Part shown: in pieces, positions 28,494-36,762 of the stretch | How the letters are laid out: each line of letters begins with the position of its first letter | How positions within the stretch are numbered: position 1 is the first letter of the stretch | Source: an uncultured Eubacteriales bacterium | GTDB lineage: Bacteria; Bacillota; Clostridia; Christensenellales; UBA1242 | Reading direction: 5' to 3' | Length of the DNA stretch: 48,378 nt | Assembly: GCA_948787875.1 (NCBI GenBank) | Contig: CAQFKO010000002.1 | Location: 1-48,378, forward strand | Notes under the pieces: model-generated | What the model was told of the DNA's origin: nothing | The model's input: the letters and a program-made list of their open reading frames with translations, nothing else | Database searches by the model: none | Translations under genes and position numbers: made by a program

Positions 28494-28925
28494 ATGGCAG
28501 CAAAAAAGAAAATTAAAGCAGTCGTAAAAATCCAAATTCCAGCCGGAAAAGCTACGGCAGGTCCTCCAATCGGTTCAAGTCTTGGACCTCATGGTATTAA
28601 CATCGGACAATTTGTTAAGGATTTCAACGACAAAACATCAGGACAAGATGGTCTTATTATTCCTGTTGTTATGACAATTTATGAGGATAGAAGTTTTGAA
28701 TTCATTCTCAAAACCCCACCTGTTGCAGTTCTTGTTATGAAAGAACTAGGACTTTCAAAGGGCAGTGGTGTACCAAACAAAACAAAAGTCGGAAAACTTA
28801 CAAAAGCTCAAGTAGAAAAGATTGCAAAAATCAAAATGCCTGATTTAAACGCAGCAAGCTTAGAAGCAGCTATGAGCATGGTTAAGGGAACAGCACGCTC
28901 TATGGGCGTTACTGTTGAAGAATAA
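28494..28925 (+). CDS. rplK: 50S ribosomal protein L11
   Basis: [29 protein letters not shown]. Confidence 0.95.
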   Translation: MAAKKKIKAVVKIQIPAGKATAGPPIGSSLGPHGINIGQFVKDFNDKTSGQDGLIIPVVMTIYEDRSFEFILKTPPVAVLVMKELGLSKGSGVPNKTKVGKLTKAQVEKIAKIKMPDLNAASLEAAMSMVKGTARSMGVTVEE

Positions 28926-28938
28926 GGGGAGAGTTATC

Positions 28939-29628
28939 ATGAAACACGGAAAAAATTATGAAAATGCTTCTAAAAAAGTTGAAGCAGGAAAACTTTATGA
29001 AACAAATGATGCTTTGTCCTTGGCAATCGAAACTGCAACAGCAAAGTTTGACGAAACAATTGAAATTCATATTCGTCTTGGCGTTGACCCAAGATCAGCA
29101 GATCAACAAGTTCGTGGAAGCGTTGTTCTTCCAAACGGAACAGGTAAATCTGTAAGAGTTCTTGTTATTGCAAAAGGTGACAAGGCAGATGCTGCAAAAG
29201 CAGCAGGTGCTGATGTTGTTGGCGCCGAAGAAATTATTGACAAAATTATCAACCAAGGTTGGCTGGAATTTGACACATGTATCACAACTCCTGATATGAT
29301 GGGTGTTGTTGGTCGTTGTGCAAGAGTTCTCGGACCAAGAGGTTTGATGCCAAACCCAAAGAGTGGCACAGTTACTATGGATGTAGCAAAAGCTATTAAA
29401 GATGTAAAAGCTGGTAAGGTTGAATACAGAGTTGACAAGTTCGGTATTGTTCATGCAGCAATCGGCAAAAAGAGCTTTGGTGTTGAAAAACTTGCAGAAA
29501 ACTATGAAACATTCGTTGATGCAATTGTAAAAGCAAAACCACAAGCTTCAAAAGGTCAATACATCAAATCTATCAATGTTGCAAGCACCATGGGTCCTGG
29601 AATCAAGGTTGTTTACAGAGTAAAATAA
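28939..29628 (+). CDS. rplA: 50S ribosomal protein L1
   Basis: ATG at 28939 after AGGGGAGAG. Sequence includes [10 protein letters not shown]...[20 protein letters not shown]. Confidence 0.95.
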   Translation: MKHGKNYENASKKVEAGKLYETNDALSLAIETATAKFDETIEIHIRLGVDPRSADQQVRGSVVLPNGTGKSVRVLVIAKGDKADAAKAAGADVVGAEEIIDKIINQGWLEFDTCITTPDMMGVVGRCARVLGPRGLMPNPKSGTVTMDVAKAIKDVKAGKVEYRVDKFGIVHAAIGKKSFGVEKLAENYETFVDAIVKAKPQASKGQYIKSINVASTMGPGIKVVYRVK

Positions 29629-29656
29629 AAATAGGTCATTTGACCTATTTTTTTGT
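29627..29656 (+). terminator. rplA terminator
   Basis: Hairpin ataggtca / tgacctat followed by T7. Confidence 0.6.
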
Positions 29657-29871
29657 TCTTCAAATTTTAACTGCTTTCTTTGTTTTTGGGTTTATATTTT
29701 TTTCAAAAAAAGTGTCAGGGGTCTGTGACTTTTTAAAATAAATTTGTTATACTAAAAGTGTAATCACAGAGGGGGTGGTTAGGAGGGGTGAGCAAATTTC
29801 AAATTTTGGGCATATTTTGATTAAAAATTAAAGATTTTCAAAACAATTAAAAGTGCCAAAAAACTAAAAAT

Positions 29872-29900
29872 TTGACAAAAAATATTTTTTGTGTTAAAAT
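29872..29900 (+). promoter_or_regulatory. Promoter of the 190-aa orphan gene
   Basis: TTGACA, a 17-nt spacer, then TGtTAAAAT (extended -10). Confidence 0.55.
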
Positions 29901-29926
29901 ATGGGCAATAAAGGGAGGCGCAGATT

Positions 29927-30499
29927 ATGGAAAAAGTTAATGCAACATTTTCACCAGACGAAATCATAAAATTATATCAAGAGTTTGTAGATACAACTAG
30001 TGAAAAAATCGCCAATTATTCAAACGAGCTAAGAGAAGTGGATGTACACATGATTTTGGCAGGTTATAGTGAGGAATATTTAAACAATCTTAAATATATG
30101 CCAAGCTCAGATAATTTTATGGAAAGAATTTCAAATACTTTAAAAAGATATGCAAGCATTTTGAGTGACTTAAATGATGCTCCGACTCTTAAAGAAGAAA
30201 TCAAAAAACAATTTTCAGCACTTGGTTTTAAAGACCTTTCGGTTATTGATGGAATTCTAAAAAAAGCTGAAAAAGTTTCGGAAAATTACAATGATACTTA
30301 TGCAAGTTTCAAAGAGTTCACAGAACAAAAACTTTCTTCATTGGGCGTGGTTGTAAAAGAGGATTTAAGTCTTCATGGAGAAAACGTAAGTAGCTATTCT
30401 GAAAGCTATGAAAAAATGAAAAAAGAGAACGAAATTTTTGCCGCAAATATGGAAGATATCGGTAAAAAGATTGCAGAAGACCCTTGGAACTATAATTAA
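29927..30499 (+). CDS. Hypothetical protein (190 aa, predicted helical, acidic)
   Basis: The RBS is GGGAGG. I see no signal peptide or TM helix and recognise no motif. Confidence 0.55.
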   Translation: MEKVNATFSPDEIIKLYQEFVDTTSEKIANYSNELREVDVHMILAGYSEEYLNNLKYMPSSDNFMERISNTLKRYASILSDLNDAPTLKEEIKKQFSALGFKDLSVIDGILKKAEKVSENYNDTYASFKEFTEQKLSSLGVVVKEDLSLHGENVSSYSESYEKMKKENEIFAANMEDIGKKIAEDPWNYN

Positions 30500-30522
30500 A
30501 AATTAAAACTATAATTAATTAA

Positions 30523-30553
30523 GAAAAAAATAGGCAACCTGCCTATTTTTTTA
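30523..30553. terminator. Terminator after the 190-aa gene
   Basis: Hairpin ataggca-acc-tgcctat flanked by A7 and T7. Confidence 0.6.
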
Positions 30554-30554
30554 T

Positions 30555-30585
30555 AATAAAACCCCAGCAAAAATGTTGCAGGGGT
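30555..30585 (-). terminator. Terminator after the 258-aa gene
   Basis: Hairpin ccccagcaa / ttgcagggg with one mismatch, followed on the minus strand by ttttatt. Confidence 0.5.
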
Positions 30586-30589
30586 GATT

Positions 30590-31366
30590 TTAATTATTAT
30601 CAGGTTTGTAAACTCCATAGTGTCCACGGAGGTGTGTTGCCTCGTGTGCAATATCTTGTTTGTTTTTTATTTCTCTTACAAGGTCAACAATTTTTTTGTC
30701 GGCTCCCGATTTTTCAAAACTTTTAAAAGCTTTTTTTGTTCTTTCGTCTTTATAATTTTTACGGTCTATCGGATAAGAAGACGGAAAGCGTTCCGAAAAT
30801 TTTATTGCAACATATTCTTCAAGAGCAAGGGCAGGGGTTGTGTCCATTGAGTCGCAAGTGCTTTCAAACTCATTAAAATCAAAGCCCTTATAGTTGAATA
30901 ATTTAATAAATTTATCGTCGTCCATTTTGCTTACTGCATTAGCAAATCCAAGGTCACAATTTTCGTGTTTATTAAACACAACTTCAAAGTTATTAAAAAT
31001 AATTTCAAAGTCTTTGCACCAAACATGAGCAAGTCCATCATATCTTTCGTGATTAACATATCCAAATGGCTCAAACCAATTTTCAATTTCACTGTCTTTT
31101 AGTTTGTTAACATAGTTTCCGTTAACTATCGCATAGTTTATGGTTTTTGCAATTTGGTTTAAATCGGCATTGTTCGAGTTTGAAAGATTGCTTAAATCTT
31201 CTGATTGATTTTTTAACTTTGCCGGATTAAATTTGTAATCTTTAAGGAAATTACGGAAATTGCTAGGCATTTCCTTTGTATTTTTGGCACCAGAAAAATT
31301 GCCCTCATAAATAGAGACTGCATTAATTTCTTCTTTTGAAACAAACTCAACTTTTTTCTCTGCCAT
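30590..31366 (-). CDS. Hypothetical protein (258 aa) ending in an HExxHxxxH-like motif
   Basis: The C-terminus reads DIAHEATHLRGHYGVYKPDNN. I see no signal peptide and recognise no family. Confidence 0.55.
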   Translation of the reverse strand: MAEKKVEFVSKEEINAVSIYEGNFSGAKNTKEMPSNFRNFLKDYKFNPAKLKNQSEDLSNLSNSNNADLNQIAKTINYAIVNGNYVNKLKDSEIENWFEPFGYVNHERYDGLAHVWCKDFEIIFNNFEVVFNKHENCDLGFANAVSKMDDDKFIKLFNYKGFDFNEFESTCDSMDTTPALALEEYVAIKFSERFPSSYPIDRKNYKDERTKKAFKSFEKSGADKKIVDLVREIKNKQDIAHEATHLRGHYGVYKPDNN

Positions 31367-31387
31367 TACTTTTTCCTTTACTCAAAC

Positions 31388-31416
31388 ATTATACCATATA
31401 ATATATGCAATTTCAA
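31388..31416 (-). promoter_or_regulatory. Promoter of the 258-aa orphan gene
   Basis: The minus strand reads TTGAAA, a 17-nt spacer, then TGgTATAAT. Confidence 0.55.
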
Positions 31417-31447
31417 TACCCATTTATAAATTTTTTTAAAAATATTG

Positions 31448-31475
31448 TTGACTTTTTTGGATTTGTAGCTATAAT
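31448..31475 (+). promoter_or_regulatory. rplJL promoter
   Basis: TTGACT, a 16-nt spacer, then TATAAT. Confidence 0.55.
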
Positions 31476-31633
31476 AATATTGTTAAGAAAATTTGTGCCT
31501 AAGACAGCAAGTGAGTTTTTATAAAATTCTTAATTTCTTGCCGAGGAACTGTTAAGGAAAAATACTACCCTTATGTTCCATTAGAGCATAAGGTTTTTTT
31601 AATGCTTCACACGAGTATTTATAGGAGGAGAAT
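31476..31633 (+). promoter_or_regulatory. L10 (rplJ) leader with attenuator-type terminator
   Basis: A structured ~150-nt leader ends in hairpin ccttatg / cataagg (31569-31593) followed by T7, about 30 nt before the rplJ RBS. This position and form match the Bacillota L10 leader. Confidence 0.5.
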
Positions 31634-32122
31634 ATGTCAGCTAATTTTGAAAACAAAAAGATAGTTGTAAGTGAAATTGAGTCTTATGCAAAAAATGCAA
31701 AATCTATTGTTCTTGTTGATTATAGAGGTCTTACGGTTTCCCAAGTAACTGAACTTAGAAACAAGGTTCGCGAAGCCGGCGGCGTTTATAAAGTATACAA
31801 AAACAGACTTATGAAAATTGCTTTTGAAAAACTTGGTATCGAGTTTCCTGCAAGCGACTTTGAAGGCACAACCGCTGTGCTTTTCCACGAAACTGACGAA
31901 GTTGCTCCTGCCAAAATCGCACTTGATGGTGCAAAATCTACCGGAAAAATTCAACTTAAATCAGGCTATGTTTCAGGCAAGTATTACAATACTGCTGAAA
32001 TCACAACACTAGCTAACATTCCATCAAGAGAAGTTCTGGTTGCGCAGCTACTTGGTTTGCTTACAAACCCAATGCGTTCACTTGCTGTTTGTGTAAGTGA
32101 AATTGCTAAAAAGAATGCGTAA
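31634..32122 (+). CDS. rplJ: 50S ribosomal protein L10
   Basis: VLVDYRGLTVSQVTELRNKVREAGGVYKVYKN. Confidence 0.95.
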   Translation: MSANFENKKIVVSEIESYAKNAKSIVLVDYRGLTVSQVTELRNKVREAGGVYKVYKNRLMKIAFEKLGIEFPASDFEGTTAVLFHETDEVAPAKIALDGAKSTGKIQLKSGYVSGKYYNTAEITTLANIPSREVLVAQLLGLLTNPMRSLAVCVSEIAKKNA

Positions 32123-32178
32123 AAATTTGCGCATAACACAAACAAAATTTTAAAAATCTATTATTAGGAGAGATAAAA

Positions 32179-32550
32179 ATGGCAGATACAAAAAAATTTA
32201 TTGAAGAAATCAAATCTATGACAGTCGTTGAACTTAACGAACTTGTTAAAGCAATTGAAGAGGAATTTGGCGTTTCAGCTGCTGCGATGGCAGTTGCTGG
32301 CCCAGCTGCTGGTGGCGCTGCTCCGGCAGAAGAAGAAAAGAGCGAATTTGATGTAGTTTTGAAAGACGTTGGTGCTAACAAAATTGCAGTTATCAAAGTT
32401 GTTCGTGAAATCACAGGTCTTGGTCTTGCAGAATCTAAGGCTATGGTTGATAACGCACCAAGCACAGTAAAAGAAGGCGTTTCTAAGGAAGCTGCTGACG
32501 AAATGGCTGCTAAGTTTAAAGAAGCCGGTGCTACTGTTGAAATTAAATAG
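32179..32550 (+). CDS. rplL: 50S ribosomal protein L7/L12
   Basis: An Ala/Gly-rich hinge is followed by [23 protein letters not shown]. Confidence 0.95.
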   Translation: MADTKKFIEEIKSMTVVELNELVKAIEEEFGVSAAAMAVAGPAAGGAAPAEEEKSEFDVVLKDVGANKIAVIKVVREITGLGLAESKAMVDNAPSTVKEGVSKEAADEMAAKFKEAGATVEIK

Positions 32551-32585
32551 TTTTGGCAAAATATTAATTTGTGTGTGAAGGACAA

Positions 32586-32616
32586 AGAGTGGGCAAATTT
32601 GCTCGCTCTTTTTTTG
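32586..32616 (+). terminator. rplL terminator
   Basis: 10-bp hairpin agagtgggca / tgctcgctct (with G:U pairs) followed by T8. Confidence 0.6.
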
Positions 32617-32706
32617 TTTAAAAGTTAAGCTTTTTTGTTTTTAGTTTAATTTGTTTTGCTTGAAAGTTTTTTTTTCAAGTGCTATAATGCATTTATGAGG
32701 AAAAAG

Positions 32707-33423
32707 ATGAAATTTATTGATAAACTTTTAAAAGATAAATTAATAGTTTCAAAATTCAAAGCCTGCAACAAAGCAAATAATTACAGGTCAAGGCACGATA
32801 TTTTTCATGCAAAGCGAACAATAAAAATTGCCGAAAGGCTTTCAAAATTGCTTGATATCAGAGAAAGAGAACTGCTTATGCTTCAAACTTGCTTGCTTTT
32901 TCATGATATTGAGCAAGTCGGGAACAGAAACGGACATGAACAAAAGGCTGCGGATTTTGCAAAATCTTATCTTGAACCTCTTGGTGAGTTTTCTAAGGGA
33001 GAACTTAAAGAAATTTACAGTGCAATTTTAACACACGACGAATTTGAAGATTATAATATGCTTAAATTTGACTTGTCTTGGAATGTTAATTTTGTTGATA
33101 AACTTGATTTAAGCAGACATAGAATTGATAAAAGAGTTAAAAAGTGGGGAAGAACGGTTTATCACGATATTGAAAGGCTGGATTTTGAGCTAAGTGATAA
33201 CACTTTTAAAATAATTATCAAAACGGTATTTTTTCCGAAGGCAATTTCAGAACAAGGGCTTTTTAAGCAAAACTTGTTTTCTAAGGCAATGAAAATTTTT
33301 GTTGCATATTGTGAGCATTTTGGCTTAAAACCAAAAGCATATTTGGAAAACAAAGAGTTAAATTTAGATAATGTCAAATCTGCCATGATTTTTGACGATG
33401 GCAAAACAAAAAACAAAAAGTAG
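32707..33423 (+). CDS. HD-domain phosphohydrolase-like protein
   Basis: ATG at 32707 after GAGGA. Motifs are HAKRT and LLFHDIE (the H...HD signature). Confidence 0.6.
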   Translation: MKFIDKLLKDKLIVSKFKACNKANNYRSRHDIFHAKRTIKIAERLSKLLDIRERELLMLQTCLLFHDIEQVGNRNGHEQKAADFAKSYLEPLGEFSKGELKEIYSAILTHDEFEDYNMLKFDLSWNVNFVDKLDLSRHRIDKRVKKWGRTVYHDIERLDFELSDNTFKIIIKTVFFPKAISEQGLFKQNLFSKAMKIFVAYCEHFGLKPKAYLENKELNLDNVKSAMIFDDGKTKNKK

Positions 33424-33432
33424 AGGGCAAAA

Positions 33433-34296
33433 ATGCATAGTAAACAAAAATGTTGGTGCAAAAGCGGAAAGGCTTATGAAGAATGTCATAAAGCTTTGGA
33501 CAACAAACTTGAACTGCTAAAAAAGCAGGGTAATAATGTGCCAACCCACAAAATGATTAAAAACGAAAAACAAATTGCGGGAATCAGAGAGGCTTGCAGG
33601 GTTAACACCTTGGTGCTTGATGCGGTAGAAAGGCAAATTCGTGCAGGAATGACAACCGAAGATATCAACAAAATTGTTGTTGAGGAAACTAAAAAGTTGG
33701 GTGGTATTCCGGCGTGTCTTGGTTATGAAGGCTTTCCTAAGGCAGTTTGCACTTCGGTTAACAATGTGGTTTGCCATGGCATTCCAAGCAAAAAGCAGGT
33801 GCTGAAAGAGGGCGATATTGTTAATGTTGATTGCACAACAATTTTTAAGGGCTATTTTGGCGACAGTTCAAGAATGTTTGAGATTGGAAATGTTGACGAG
33901 CGCGCAAAAAAGCTTGTAAGAGTAACAAAAGAGTGCCTTGATATTGCAACAAAAAATTTAAAACCCTTTGACCATTTGGGCGATATTGGCTATTATGTTT
34001 CTACCCATGCAAGAGAAAATGGCTATTCGGTTGTGGTTGAACTTGGTGGGCACGGAGTTGGTCTTGCTATGCATGAAGACCCTTTTGTAAGTCATGTTGG
34101 AAAGCGTGGGCAAGGGATTTTGCTAGTTCCGGGAATGGTGTTTACCATTGAGCCAATGATTAATGAGGGTAGGGCAGGCGTTTTTGTTGACGAAAATGAT
34201 GGTTGGACAATTTTTACCGAAGATGAAAGCTTGTCTGCTCAGTGGGAATATACCTTGCTTATGACGGAAAATGGGCTTGAAATACTTTCTAAATAA
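33433..34296 (+). CDS. map: Type I methionine aminopeptidase with N-terminal SEC-C zinc motif
   Basis: CWCKSGKAYEECH, then VCHGIP, NVDCT, FGDSSRMF, GHGVG and TIEPM. Confidence 0.9.
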   Translation: MHSKQKCWCKSGKAYEECHKALDNKLELLKKQGNNVPTHKMIKNEKQIAGIREACRVNTLVLDAVERQIRAGMTTEDINKIVVEETKKLGGIPACLGYEGFPKAVCTSVNNVVCHGIPSKKQVLKEGDIVNVDCTTIFKGYFGDSSRMFEIGNVDERAKKLVRVTKECLDIATKNLKPFDHLGDIGYYVSTHARENGYSVVVELGGHGVGLAMHEDPFVSHVGKRGQGILLVPGMVFTIEPMINEGRAGVFVDENDGWTIFTEDESLSAQWEYTLLMTENGLEILSK

Positions 34297-34343
34297 TATA
34301 ATGCCAAGCCAATTTATTTTGGCATATAAACTAGGAGAAAATT

Positions 34344-34661
34344 ATGGAACTTGAAGAAATTCAAAAAAGAGCATATGACAACAAACTTAAACACAATTTT
34401 AATGTAACAGACTTAAATTTAGAGTTTTGTCTTATGTATGGCGAAGTTGCCGAGGCTTATGAGGCATGGCTGAAAAAGCATGACAATGTGGGGGAAGAGT
34501 TGGCAGACATAGCACTTTATTTGGTTGGAATTGCAGAAATCTTGGGCATTTCTCTTCATGACGAAATTGTTAAAAAGTTGGAGATTAATGAAAAAAGAGA
34601 ATATGTTATTGTTAATGGAATTCCTGTAAAAAAGGGAAGTGCTGACGACATAAATGCTTAA
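34344..34661 (+). CDS. MazG-like nucleotide pyrophosphohydrolase domain protein
   Basis: 105 aa with GEVAEAYEAW and EELADIALYLVGIAEILG. Confidence 0.65.
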   Translation: MELEEIQKRAYDNKLKHNFNVTDLNLEFCLMYGEVAEAYEAWLKKHDNVGEELADIALYLVGIAEILGISLHDEIVKKLEINEKREYVIVNGIPVKKGSADDINA

Positions 34662-34664
34662 ATA

Positions 34665-34693
34665 TTGACTTTTTGACTGTTTTGCTGTATAAT
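34665..34693 (+). promoter_or_regulatory. Consensus-like promoter upstream of the disrupted small gene
   Basis: TTGACT, a 17-nt spacer, then TATAAT. Confidence 0.5.
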
Positions 34694-34719
34694 ATTTTAA
34701 TATTATTTAGGAATGTTTT

Positions 34720-35049
34720 ATGGAAGTTAATGTTAAGTTTTTGGATAAGCTAAAAGGTTTTGAAAAAAAAGATTGATGCAAAAGAGCTTGGCGCTGTGCC
34801 TTCTGTTGAAGGAATTATAAGTGCAATGGTAAGTGCCGGAGAAGAGGGGCTTATACTTAGCTATAAATTAAACGGAAAACATATTTACTCTTTTATGACC
34901 GAATAGAGATGTATTTGACTGCGTTTGGAAAAAACAAGGCAAGATACCAAAAGGAAAGCAAAAAGAAAAAAGGTGACAGCGAAAGCCCAAGTTCAAGCAA
35001 TCACAGGGACGCTTCCGTTGATGTTTTTACAGCCATCATGGGCGGTTAA
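34720..35049 (+). pseudogene. Small gene (about 109 codons) interrupted by two compensating frameshifts
   Basis: Frame 1 gives MEVNVKFLDKLKGFEKKD then a stop at 34774-34776, just after an A8 run (34763-34770). Frame 2 gives ...IDAKELGAVPSVEGIISAMVSAGEEGLILSYKLNGKHIYSFMTE then a stop at 34904-34906. The frame then returns to frame 1 for ...YDRIEMYLTAFGKNKARYQKESKKKKGDSESPSSSNHRDASVDVFTAIMGG, ending at the stop at 35047-35049. Confidence 0.45.
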
Positions 35050-35085
35050 AAATTTTTGATAAAATTATTAAATAAAGTTTACACT

Positions 35086-35119
35086 AAAAAACGAACTTAC
35101 TAATATAAGTTCGTTTTTA
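35086..35119. terminator. Bidirectional terminator
   Basis: Perfect 9-bp hairpin acgaactta / taagttcgt with A5 and T5 flanks. Confidence 0.65.
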
Positions 35120-35141
35120 TTTAAAAATTTAATGTTATGTT

Positions 35142-35903
35142 TTAATTGTTTTCGTCGCCCGGTTGAGAGGTCTTTGAATTTTTCAAAAGTTCTTCAAATC
35201 TATTTTCAATCGCATTTTTTAGTTTGTTTAAAAACTCATTGCGAACAGCCAAACTTCCAAACGACCAATTGCCTTGTTTTTTTGTTTCCAAATCAAAGGT
35301 GTCTTTCAAAACATGGGCGGTTGTTTTTTTAGTAATTTCAATGCTTGCTTCCAAATAATCTTTCATAAACTGTGCAAGTTTTGGATATTTTAAAAGGCTT
35401 GTTTTGTTGAAATATGTGTCAAAGGTTTTTCCCTTAACAAAAGCATTATAAAGTTTTTGAGCTCCCGAATATTTTTGAATTTCGATTTCCGTCTCTAAGT
35501 ATTTTGAATTGTTTAATTTGGGTAAAGTCACAATATTGTTTTTATTATCTTTTATGTATTTTACTGCCTCTGCTTCTTTCAAAATTATTTGATAAATTTG
35601 AAGAATAAAAGTTTGATAACTTTCTATTGCCGAATTTTTTTCTTCAACGGTTGAATATTCTTTGTGAACAATCTTCATTTCGTCGGGGTCATAAAGGTCG
35701 GTTTGATAACTTGAAATTTGTTTTTCTTGTTCAAGCGCATTTAACAAAACTTTTTGCATTTCCGTTGCAACCTCGGGAAAGTAAAACAGTTCTGCAAAAG
35801 AATCAAAAAATAATTTAAACTTATTTTCTTCGGCATAAAAATTTTTTAATTTTTCACTTTTTATTAACTCATTTTCTTTATCTTTAAAATAAGACGAGCT
35901 CAT
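35142..35903 (-). CDS. Hypothetical protein (253 aa)
   Basis: The RBS is AAGGAG. It lies 21 nt downstream of the 202-aa ORF on the same strand. I see no TM helix or signal peptide and recognise no motif. Confidence 0.55.
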   Translation of the reverse strand: MSSSYFKDKENELIKSEKLKNFYAEENKFKLFFDSFAELFYFPEVATEMQKVLLNALEQEKQISSYQTDLYDPDEMKIVHKEYSTVEEKNSAIESYQTFILQIYQIILKEAEAVKYIKDNKNNIVTLPKLNNSKYLETEIEIQKYSGAQKLYNAFVKGKTFDTYFNKTSLLKYPKLAQFMKDYLEASIEITKKTTAHVLKDTFDLETKKQGNWSFGSLAVRNEFLNKLKNAIENRFEELLKNSKTSQPGDENN

Positions 35904-35924
35904 AATTTTCTCCTTAAACCAAGT

Positions 35925-36533
35925 TTAGTTATTGGCAGGTTGAACGGCTATTGGGGCGTTTGTTTTGTTTTGACCAAAAGCAACTGTCGCTACATCAAAA
36001 AGGTTTGAAGAAAGCTCTTTGTCTTGAAGTCTGTTTTCTTCTACAAGTTTGTTAAAGGTTACATTTTTTTCTTCCGAATTTGCGAATTCCAATAAGGAGA
36101 ATTCATTTTTTGAAGTGGTGCATCCGCTTGCAATATCAGTTACCACATTGTCGAAAAGACTTTTGAATTCATATCTTATTAAATCTTTTTTTGGATTAAT
36201 AACACCTCCTTTGTGTTGAAGGGTTTCATAAATAATGCTAACAATAGAATTTTTGTCAATGCTTGCAAACTTATATTTGTCTGCAATTTGATTGAGGTTG
36301 TTATCTACCAAAATTTTGTAAACGATTCCTCTTGGCAAGTGATACACCAATTCAATTAAAAAGTTTTTCAAATTATCGTCACTGCAAACAATGTTTGCCT
36401 GAGATGGCAAATATTCATTATCTGATGTGTCGATATATAGTTTGTTGCAATTTTGTGTTAAAAAGTTTTTGACGATTTCATATTTTTTATTAAAATCTTC
36501 TATTAATTTTGTTGAATTTTCCAATGTTTTCAT
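35925..36533 (-). CDS. Hypothetical protein (202 aa)
   Basis: The RBS is AGGAG. It is the first gene of a two-gene unit divergent from the giant surface-protein gene. Confidence 0.55.
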   Translation of the reverse strand: MKTLENSTKLIEDFNKKYEIVKNFLTQNCNKLYIDTSDNEYLPSQANIVCSDDNLKNFLIELVYHLPRGIVYKILVDNNLNQIADKYKFASIDKNSIVSIIYETLQHKGGVINPKKDLIRYEFKSLFDNVVTDIASGCTTSKNEFSLLEFANSEEKNVTFNKLVEENRLQDKELSSNLFDVATVAFGQNKTNAPIAVQPANN

Positions 36534-36762
36534 AATATTCTCCTAAATAATTTTAACATTACAATTATATATTATTTTTCATGCACTGTCAATCCCGAAT
36601 TTTAGAATAAAAATATATAAAATAATCCAAAATAATCAATAATTATAATAAAAATTACAAAAAACATTAAACAAGTGATTTAAAGTTGAGTTTATGCAAA
36701 AATTGGTGTAAAATTATATTAATAATGCAAAAAAATAATTAAAAAATTATATGAGGTGTTAT

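Noticed and set aside
32106-32585. 159-aa antisense ORF opposite rplL, plus similar long antisense ORFs at 29095-29544, 24391-24849, 8550-8948 and 41703-42116.
   Set aside because: These are shadow ORFs opposite strongly supported genes. Their translations are low-complexity and they have no RBS.
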